NCBI GenBank assembly: GCA_036759025.1
Contig: DAIOVL010000001.1
Span: forward strand, 123,539 to 187,538
Direction: 5' to 3'
Length of the DNA stretch: 64,000 nt
Source: Bacteroidales bacterium
GTDB lineage: Bacteria; Bacteroidota; Bacteroidia; Bacteroidales; VadinHA17
Shown: positions 57,408 to 64,000 of the stretch, one piece after another
Layout: each line of letters opens with the position of its first letter
How positions within the stretch are numbered: position 1 is the stretch's first letter
Made by a program: the position numbers and the translations under genes
The notes under the pieces: model-generated
Told to the model about the DNA's origin: nothing
Database searches by the model: none
Seen by the model: the letters and a program-made list of their open reading frames with translations, nothing else

Positions 57408-58067
57408 ATGGAAATAAAGATTATGAGGAATATCCTCGACAGGAACCAGGACAAGGCAATGGAAGTAAGAAATCTGCTTGTTTCCAAAAACATAATGATG
57501 ATAAATCTGATAAGTTCTCCCGGTGCCGGAAAAACGACGCTTCTGGAAAGGACTCTGGAAGCAATCTCCGGCAGATTCCGTGCAGCCGTCATCGAAGGCG
57601 ATGTCACAACCGACAGGGATGCAAGACGACTGCAGCGATTTGATATACCAATCACTCTGATAAACACTGAGGGCGGATGTCATCTCGATTCCCACAGTAT
57701 TTCAAAAGCCCTGGATTCATTTTCTCTCGACGACCTCGATGTGATCTTTGTTGAAAATGTCGGAAACCTTGTGTGCCCTTCACATTTCGACCTTGGTGAG
57801 ACATTCAAAATTGCCGTTGTAAGTACAACGGAAGGAGATGACAAACCTGCCAAATATCCCATGATCTTTCGTGAGGCCAGAGCAGCCATTCTGAATAAGA
57901 TCGACCTTATACCCTATACAAATTTCCGTCCCGGAAACTTCCGGTCCGATCTCAGAATGCTTAATTCCAATATTCCGTTATTCGAAATATCATGTACAAA
58001 GGGAGACGGACTGAAAGAATGGAATGACTGGCTTGCGGAACAGATTGCAACGAGGTTCAGAACCTGA
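57408..58067 (+). CDS. hypB: Hydrogenase nickel incorporation GTPase HypB
   Basis: P-loop SSPGAGKTTLL, metal-site GCH in EGGCHL, ENVGNLVCP, and the NKIDL GTPase motif. The ATG at 57408 is preceded by AGGAGA. Confidence 0.9.
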   Translation: MEIKIMRNILDRNQDKAMEVRNLLVSKNIMMINLISSPGAGKTTLLERTLEAISGRFRAAVIEGDVTTDRDARRLQRFDIPITLINTEGGCHLDSHSISKALDSFSLDDLDVIFVENVGNLVCPSHFDLGETFKIAVVSTTEGDDKPAKYPMIFREARAAILNKIDLIPYTNFRPGNFRSDLRMLNSNIPLFEISCTKGDGLKEWNDWLAEQIATRFRT

Positions 58068-58788
58068 AACCCCATCCCACCTCAAGACGGTGGAAGGTGT
58101 GCCGGAATGTACAGGGATATTCGCTGTCGGATGAATATTCGTATAATTTACCATCTTCAAGATAAATTCCGTATCTGTATCCCAGCCGTATATAAGATTC
58201 AAAAGTATGGACAGGCCACCTGTAACCGGTTCCTCCACCTATGGTCCAGCCCCCGTGATAAACTTCGTCAGATCCCGATTCTTTAAGTGTAAAAAGCTTT
58301 CCGCCACGAAGGTAAAGGAAAGGCGATACATTTCTTTTTAAAATGCCATATCTGTATTCAAGAAATACCGGGATATGAAAACGGTCCAAAAGTTCAATTC
58401 CCGTACCCAGACCTGCGACATGCTCCGGACTGAAGGCATAGGTCATAATCAGGTTCTGGGTTCCGAATATGGGGAAGTTATCTTCCGACGATCCCAGCAA
58501 AAGACTGCTTGTTATCACAAAACCCAGACCGTCAATACCGCTCAGATCGTAAATCTTTTCTTCTGTCTTTGCAGGGTTTCCGACAACAGTAAATCTTAGT
58601 ATGTCTTCTTCTGCAAATACAAAAGTCATCCCCTCATTGGTTTTTATCTGATAGCCGCCCTTCCGTAAATGTTGAAGTTTACCTGCCGCCACACTTCCGT
58701 TTTTAAGATACAGGGTGTCGGATCCCTGTGAGTACAGCAGGGTGCAAAAGAGCATTCCGGTTACGGTAGATATGAGAAACCTGTACAT
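58057..58788 (-). CDS. Putative outer-membrane beta-barrel protein
   Basis: Signal peptide, alternating beta-strand pattern, and a C-terminal ...VGWGFRF with terminal Phe. It overlaps hypB convergently by 11 nt. Confidence 0.5.
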   Translation of the reverse strand: MYRFLISTVTGMLFCTLLYSQGSDTLYLKNGSVAAGKLQHLRKGGYQIKTNEGMTFVFAEEDILRFTVVGNPAKTEEKIYDLSGIDGLGFVITSSLLLGSSEDNFPIFGTQNLIMTYAFSPEHVAGLGTGIELLDRFHIPVFLEYRYGILKRNVSPFLYLRGGKLFTLKESGSDEVYHGGWTIGGGTGYRWPVHTFESYIRLGYRYGIYLEDGKLYEYSSDSEYPCTFRHTFHRLEVGWGFRF

Positions 58789-58850
58789 TTTTGATCGAAT
58801 TAGGGGTGGTCCGGTCTTTATTTGTTAAATTTACTATAAATATATGAGTT

Positions 58851-60128
58851 ATGAGATCACGGGTATTCTTTTCCCTGTTTTATTCCGGGTTGACAATCTT
58901 TCTCATGACAGGTTGTGAAGAACCTGTTTACAGAATATACACCGGAAATGCACCTGTGTACATGTCGTATTCTGAGTTGCGTTCCTCTGTCGTTGTCGAT
59001 AGCAGGGTTTTGCTTGAGAATCCGGGCAAAGTCTATTTTAGCGGTAATTACATATTTATCGTTGAAGAACTTAAGGGTGTGCATATATATGATAACACCG
59101 ATCCCTCTGCCCCGGTAAAAAAGTCATTTATTAAGATACCCGGCGTTGATGATATAGCAGTCTCAGGAACAAGGCTCTATGCAAACAGCTATATCGATCT
59201 TGTTGTGCTCGATATCGGGAATATTGACAATATAAGTCTGGCAGGAAGAAGGGAATCTTTGTTTGTCTATACCCTGCCTCCCGTCGGCAACAACCTCCCA
59301 AGGGCTAATTTCGACAAAACAAGAGGCGTAGTAATCGGATGGGTCGTCAGAAAGATAAAGGAAAAGGATAACTATAATGATTACCACATCGATCATGTTG
59401 ACCAGAAAACATTCTTCAGCAAAGTAAATCCGGGCGGAGCCTGCTACGGTAATAACGGCGACGGCACAGGCTCCGGCGGTTCTCTGCCCCGGTTCGTGAT
59501 CTATGGAAATTCCGTTCTGGTATTCGGGGATTATCTGTCCCGCATATATAATTTTGCTGACATCCTGAATCCTTATGCTCCGGTAACGGAGTTATATGCC
59601 TCTGAAGTGAGAACAGTCTCTGTTTCAGATGACAGACTGGTACTAGGGAGCATGTATACAAACTTTATTGTTGACCTTAAGGTTCAATCTGTATCTCAAT
59701 ACCCTGTATACTTCGATGCGATGGTTTACTGTGACCCTGTTATTGCCAGTGACACACTGATATTTCTTACTTCCAGGACAGGAACCGAATGTAACAATGC
59801 TCCGAATTTATTGAGAGTTATCGGATTGGATGAGTTTAACAATTCTGATATTCTGAATTCCATTCCGATGTCGATGCCATTAGGTCTGGCTAAAACGGGA
59901 GATATCCTTTTTGTATGTGACGGGAAGGATGGATTGAAGATTTTTGATGCCTCTGATCCGCTTGCTCTCGATGAAAACCTGATAAAGACCTACCCTGGTA
60001 TCCTTGCTGACAATGTATTTATTTATAATGACATTCTCGTTTTGTGTTCAGAGAAAGCTGTCTTTCAGTTCGACTATTCAGACCTGAATAACCTTTTACT
60101 TTTAAGCTCAATAGTTGCAGGGGAATGA
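58851..60128 (+). CDS. Lipoprotein with LVIVD-like beta-propeller repeats
   Basis: Lipobox LMTGC and repeated motifs of the type GVHIYDNTDPSAP / DLVVLDIGNIDN / GLKIFDASDPLAL. Confidence 0.55.
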   Translation: MRSRVFFSLFYSGLTIFLMTGCEEPVYRIYTGNAPVYMSYSELRSSVVVDSRVLLENPGKVYFSGNYIFIVEELKGVHIYDNTDPSAPVKKSFIKIPGVDDIAVSGTRLYANSYIDLVVLDIGNIDNISLAGRRESLFVYTLPPVGNNLPRANFDKTRGVVIGWVVRKIKEKDNYNDYHIDHVDQKTFFSKVNPGGACYGNNGDGTGSGGSLPRFVIYGNSVLVFGDYLSRIYNFADILNPYAPVTELYASEVRTVSVSDDRLVLGSMYTNFIVDLKVQSVSQYPVYFDAMVYCDPVIASDTLIFLTSRTGTECNNAPNLLRVIGLDEFNNSDILNSIPMSMPLGLAKTGDILFVCDGKDGLKIFDASDPLALDENLIKTYPGILADNVFIYNDILVLCSEKAVFQFDYSDLNNLLLLSSIVAGE

Positions 60129-60321
60129 GAGTTACATTCCGGGTTTAAACATTTTTCGACTACTGCCCACCTTCGCTACCTCCTTCGCTGGTGCTACGGA
60201 GGTCAAAGAAAGCTACAGTGGGTAATACATGACTGCGAGACCAACAGGTTTCCAGCCGCATCTTGTTTACAATCATTCTAAATTAAAAATAATGACATTT
60301 GTAAGCTTTTTTGAGAAAGTA

Positions 60322-60339
60322 TTGTTATTAAATTAACAG
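60322..60339. promoter_or_regulatory. Candidate Rex operator (TTGTTAT-TAAA-TTAACAG) upstream of the [FeFe]-hydrogenase genes
   Basis: It matches 16 of 18 positions of the TTGTTAAnnnnTTAACAA Rex variant and lies 64 nt upstream of the NuoE-like start codon. Confidence 0.45.
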
Positions 60340-60402
60340 CGCCTAAAAAATGGCTTTTTTTATATTTAAAATATTGTTTAATTAATTAAAAATCAGTAAG
60401 AA

Positions 60403-60867
60403 ATGTATCAAGTAGGAGATCTTGTGAAGGAACTATCCGACAAGCATGGCCGCGAAAGGAGCAGTCTTATGCCTATACTTCAGGGTATAGTCGACAAGCA
60501 TAATTACCTGACCGATGAGGCTATGGTTGAAGTTGCCAAAGAACTGGATATTTCCGCTGCGGAGGTATATGGAACAGCTTCGTTCTATACTTTTCTCGAT
60601 ACGGCAGAGAGAGGTAAGTATATTATAAGAGTCTGTAAAACAATAACATGTTCAATGAAGGGCAAGAATGAAATTATACAAACCCTTGAAGATATGCTCA
60701 AGATAAAAGTTGGCGAGACAACATCAGACAAGATGTTCAGCCTTCTGGAAACAAACTGTATAGGATGGTGTCATAAAGCTCCTGCAATTCTCATCAATGA
60801 AATGCCGTACACTGAGCTTACATCAGAAAAAGTGGTGGAAATTATTAAAAGTTATATGACCAAGTAA
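60403..60867 (+). CDS. hydC: NuoE/HydC-like [2Fe-2S] thioredoxin-fold subunit
   Basis: Cysteine pattern VCKTITCSMKG ... CIGWCHKAP. Length is 154 aa. Confidence 0.85.
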   Translation: MYQVGDLVKELSDKHGRERSSLMPILQGIVDKHNYLTDEAMVEVAKELDISAAEVYGTASFYTFLDTAERGKYIIRVCKTITCSMKGKNEIIQTLEDMLKIKVGETTSDKMFSLLETNCIGWCHKAPAILINEMPYTELTSEKVVEIIKSYMTK

Positions 60868-60882
60868 ACTCCCGACAATATT

Positions 60883-62043
60883 ATGATAAACAAAGAATTA
60901 ACCAAGGTAGATCTTATTTTTGAAAAGGTCAGTGCTGAAGAAGTCCTCAGAAAAGCCTTTGAGATGACAAGTGAGGAGATAATCCAACAGGTGCTTGAAT
61001 CAGGACTGAAAGGCCGCGGAGGAGCAGGCTTTCCAACAGGTCTGAAATGGAAGTATACTGCAGCTGAAAAAGATCCTGAAAAATATGTGGTTTGTAATGC
61101 TGATGAAGGCGAACCGGGTACTTTCAAGGACAGAGAGATCCTTGATATGGTTTCCTATAAGGTATACGGGGGAATGGCTATTGCAGCCAATGCCATAGGA
61201 GCAAAGGAAGGTATTGTTTACCTCAGGGGCGAATATAGATTTCTGCTGCCAAAGCTTCTTACCGAACTTGAGACGTTTCACAAAATGATAAAGGAGATAG
61301 GTTACGATTTCAGGATCCGTTATTGTCTGGGAAGCGGCGCCTATATTTGCGGAGAGGAAAGTGCTCTTTTTGAATCTATTCAGGGTCTGAGAGGTGAACC
61401 ACGGAACAAACCTCCATATCCGACTTCTTCGGGTGTCTTTCATAAACCGACATCAATAAACAATGTTGAAACCCTTGTTACAGCCATGATGATCATTCAA
61501 CATGGCCCCGAATTATACGCAAGTCTGGGTACAAAAGATTCAAGAGGATCGAAGGTATTCTCTGTCTCGGGCGACACTCCTACACCGGGAATCTTTGAGC
61601 TTGAGCTTGGTATGACGGTTCAGCAGTTCGTAAATGAGTTCGGAGATGGTGACACGAAAGCTGTTCAGGTAGGTGGAGCTTCCGGTTTCTGTGTCCCGAG
61701 GAAGAAATTTGCAGAGACCATAATCGGGTTCGAGGGAGTGCCTACGGGAGGTTCCATGAAACTATTCAACAGTTCCCGTTCAATGTACAATGTTCTTCAC
61801 AATTACCTCGAATTTTTTGAAGAAGAATCGTGTGGCCAATGCACACCCTGCAGGGTTGGATGCCAGCAACTGCTGAAAGGTGTGGAGAAAGTTAAGAAGG
61901 GTGAGATGAAATCGACATATCTCAACGAACTGATGAAACTAGCCGACACCATGAAGATAGCCTCAAAATGCGGACTTGGCCAGTCGGTTGGAAATGCCTT
62001 TAAATCGATAGTCGAGAATTTCAGAGAGGAGATCATTTACTAA
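60883..62043 (+). CDS. hydB: NuoF/HydB-like NADH- and FMN-binding subunit, minimal form
   Basis: GRGGAGFPTGLKW (FMN), CNADEGEPGTFKDR (NADH), ESCGQCTPCR ... KCGLGQ ([4Fe-4S]). At 386 aa it has no additional CxxCxxCxxxC motifs. Confidence 0.85.
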   Translation: MINKELTKVDLIFEKVSAEEVLRKAFEMTSEEIIQQVLESGLKGRGGAGFPTGLKWKYTAAEKDPEKYVVCNADEGEPGTFKDREILDMVSYKVYGGMAIAANAIGAKEGIVYLRGEYRFLLPKLLTELETFHKMIKEIGYDFRIRYCLGSGAYICGEESALFESIQGLRGEPRNKPPYPTSSGVFHKPTSINNVETLVTAMMIIQHGPELYASLGTKDSRGSKVFSVSGDTPTPGIFELELGMTVQQFVNEFGDGDTKAVQVGGASGFCVPRKKFAETIIGFEGVPTGGSMKLFNSSRSMYNVLHNYLEFFEEESCGQCTPCRVGCQQLLKGVEKVKKGEMKSTYLNELMKLADTMKIASKCGLGQSVGNAFKSIVENFREEIIY

Positions 62044-62062
62044 TAAAAATAAAAGACCTATT

Positions 62063-63844
62063 ATGATCAATTTATTTATAAACGACCAGAAGGTTTCAGT
62101 AGAACCGGGAACTACCGTTCTGGCTGCAGCAAAAAAACTGAATATAACGATCCCGACTTTATGTAACCATCCCGACCTGTGTGTTGCAGGTAACTGCAGG
62201 GTATGTGTGGTTGAGCAGGAAGGTGCAAGAACGCTTATCGCCTCATGTGCCACACCCGCAACAGAAGGAATGAGGATACATACAAATACCCTCAAGGTAA
62301 GAAATGCCCGTAAGCATGTTGTTGAATTACTCCTTTCGGAACACAGGTCCGACTGTACGAAGTGCTACAAAAACCAGAAATGTGAGCTTCAGGCTCTTGC
62401 CAATGAATTTGCTTTCGGCGACACGATCTTCATCGATCTTGTCCCATATCATAATTATTCGATCGACAGGTCTTCACCTTCATTCATGAAGGACGACAGC
62501 AAATGTATCCGCTGCCAGCGTTGTGTGCGTACCTGTTCGCAGCTTCAGCATATATCTGCAATAGCAGTTGCTAACAAGGGACTGCATCAGAAGATATCTT
62601 CTTTCCACGACAAGCCCATGAGCCACGTTGTGTGTACTAACTGCGGTCAGTGTGTCAACCGTTGTCCTACCGGAGCACTTGTTGAAAAGACAGCAATCGA
62701 CCAGGTATGGGATGCAATATATGACAGCGACAAACATGTTGTGGTGCAGACTGCCCCGGCAGTAAGAGTAGCCCTCGGTGAAGACCTCGGATATGATCCG
62801 GGTGAAAGAGTAACAGGGAAAATGGTCACTGCCCTCCGTCAGCTGGGCTTTGACTCTGTACTTGATACCGACTTCACTGCCGACCTTACCATCATGGAAG
62901 AGGGTACAGAACTGCTGACCAGACTAAAGAAAGTGCTGGTCGACAAGGATCCGAAAACGAAAGTCCCCATGTTCACATCGTGTTCTCCGGGATGGATAAA
63001 GTTCATCGAACACAAATACCCGGAGTTCCTTCCAAACCTTTCCACTTGCAAATCTCCCCAGCAGATGTTCGGGGCATTGGCAAAGACATTCTATGCACAG
63101 AGAATTAAAGTCGATCCTTCAAAAATCGTATCAATATCAATAATGCCATGTACAGCCAAAAAATATGAAGCTGACAGGCCTGAGATGAGAGCAAGCGGTT
63201 ACAAGGACATAGATTACGTTCTTACAACCCGCGAGCTGGCTGTGATGATAAAACAGGCAGGTATTGACTTCCGGAACCTTGAGCCTTCACACTACGATTC
63301 GGTAATGGGTGAATCGACTGGTGCGGGAGTGATCTTCGGAGCTACGGGAGGTGTTATGGAAGCTGCCCTTCGTACAGCCTATGAGATTGTGACCGGCCGT
63401 GAAGTGCCCTTCAAAAACCTGAATATTACACCTGTACGTGGAATGGAAGGAGTTAAGGAAGCCACAATAAAAATTGAAGGTTGTCTTGAGGACTGGAAAT
63501 TCCTCGAAGGAGCAGAACTTAAAGTTGCGATAGCACATGGTCTGACAAATGCGAACAAGCTCATGAGGGCAGTCAGCAAAGGGCAGGCCTCATATCATTT
63601 CGTTGAGATAATGGCCTGTCCGGGAGGATGTATCGGCGGCGGTGGTCAGCCCATACCTACAAGCATGGAGATCAGGAAGAACAGGATTGATGCTATCTAT
63701 TCGGAGGATGAACACATGACACTTCGCAAATCGCATGAGAATCCCGAGATAATTGCTATCTACAAGGAGTTCCTTGGCAAGCCAAATAGCCATGTTGCAC
63801 ATGAGCTGCTTCATACCCACTATACGGAGAGGGAACACTATTAA
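62063..63844 (+). CDS. hydA: [FeFe]-hydrogenase catalytic subunit (M3-type, NuoG-like N-terminus)
   Basis: N-terminal [2Fe-2S] and His-ligated cluster region (HRSDCTKCYKNQKC) and two ferredoxin motifs (CIRCQRCVRTC, CTNCGQCVNRCP). H-cluster motifs are TSCSPGW, MPCTAKKYE and EIMACPGGCIGGGGQP. Confidence 0.92.
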   Translation: MINLFINDQKVSVEPGTTVLAAAKKLNITIPTLCNHPDLCVAGNCRVCVVEQEGARTLIASCATPATEGMRIHTNTLKVRNARKHVVELLLSEHRSDCTKCYKNQKCELQALANEFAFGDTIFIDLVPYHNYSIDRSSPSFMKDDSKCIRCQRCVRTCSQLQHISAIAVANKGLHQKISSFHDKPMSHVVCTNCGQCVNRCPTGALVEKTAIDQVWDAIYDSDKHVVVQTAPAVRVALGEDLGYDPGERVTGKMVTALRQLGFDSVLDTDFTADLTIMEEGTELLTRLKKVLVDKDPKTKVPMFTSCSPGWIKFIEHKYPEFLPNLSTCKSPQQMFGALAKTFYAQRIKVDPSKIVSISIMPCTAKKYEADRPEMRASGYKDIDYVLTTRELAVMIKQAGIDFRNLEPSHYDSVMGESTGAGVIFGATGGVMEAALRTAYEIVTGREVPFKNLNITPVRGMEGVKEATIKIEGCLEDWKFLEGAELKVAIAHGLTNANKLMRAVSKGQASYHFVEIMACPGGCIGGGGQPIPTSMEIRKNRIDAIYSEDEHMTLRKSHENPEIIAIYKEFLGKPNSHVAHELLHTHYTEREHY

Positions 63845-63870
63845 TCTGATATTGTGTTTATGAGAATAAT

Positions 63871-63895
63871 AAAAGCCGGTGATGAGCCGGCTTTT
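63871..63895 (+). terminator. Rho-independent terminator after hydA
   Basis: AAAAGCCGG-tgatgag-CCGGCTTTT hairpin 27 nt after the hydA stop, followed by a T-rich run. Confidence 0.8.
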
Positions 63896-63927
63896 ATGTT
63901 AATCGCACATATTAGTTTTTACAAGGT

Positions 63928-64000
63928 TTATCTGTGAATTATCGGGTCAGGATTACCGTCAGGATCGCCGATTACAGTGCCGTCTGAATTGGGATTGCCA
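63928..64000 (-). CDS. 3' end of an unidentified minus-strand CDS entering from the right edge
   Basis: The reverse frame is open from the window edge to TAA at 63930..63928 (...GNPNSDGTVIGDPDGNPDPIIHR*). It is too short to classify. Confidence 0.3.
   Translation of the reverse strand, partial: GNPNSDGTVIGDPDGNPDPIIHR

Noticed and set aside
1-64000. Search by eye for tRNA/rRNA genes, CRISPR arrays, IS elements, integrases, phage or defence genes, and riboswitches upstream of the TonB receptors
   Set aside because: No spacer longer than about 275 nt exists. There are no repeat-spacer arrays and no transposase- or recombinase-like ORFs. The receptor leaders (64-80 nt) are too short for a cobalamin or TPP riboswitch. 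By-eye screening has limited sensitivity.

Overview
The 64 kb window is densely coding (about 60 CDS). I found no rRNA, tRNA, CRISPR array, transposase or integrase. Gene content and style suggest an anaerobic Bacteroidota-like genome: two TonB-dependent receptors, a DUF3127 protein, lipobox lipoproteins, almost no Shine-Dalgarno sequences and about 43% GC. This taxonomic call is inference only.

Layout:
- 1-4.2 kb: a sulfur-trafficking cluster on the minus strand. It holds a class V aminotransferase/cysteine-desulfurase-like gene, a DsrE-like gene, a TusE/DsrC-like gene, a DUF1641 gene and an SQR-like flavoprotein gene.
- 4.4-9.8 kb: a secreted M1 peptidase group and a TonB-dependent receptor.
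- 9.9-16.4 kb: a translationally coupled module. It contains a 1230-aa PQQ-like beta-propeller/malectin protein, two unknown proteins and a MacB/FtsX-type ABC transporter.
- 16.5-21.6 kb: a five-gene Hdr-like operon in the order C, B, short A, small ferredoxin, membrane-fused HdrD/DsrK-like protein.
- 21.6-38.3 kb: housekeeping genes (purL, an M3 peptidase, PPIases, an MnmC-domain methyltransferase, tkt, a HAD hydrolase, a sugar-phosphate isomerase). This stretch also has a second TonB-dependent receptor coupled by one nucleotide to a TPR/SpoIIE phosphatase.
- 38.5-63.9 kb: a hydrogen-metabolism region. It contains a 19-gene Mrp-linked group 4 [NiFe]-hydrogenase operon headed by a sulfhydrogenase beta/gamma (AsrA/AsrB)-like NAD(P)H module. 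A divergent rex gene follows, with a perfect Rex operator lying over its own GTG start. Then come hypFCDEAB, two envelope proteins, and a NuoE/NuoF/HydA-type trimeric [FeFe]-hydrogenase with a minimal NuoF-like subunit.

The best candidates for undescribed biology are the chimeric NAD(P)H-module/Mrp hydrogenase operon, the membrane-anchored Hdr-like operon and the propeller-ABC module.

All family assignments come from motif recognition by eye. No database search was possible.
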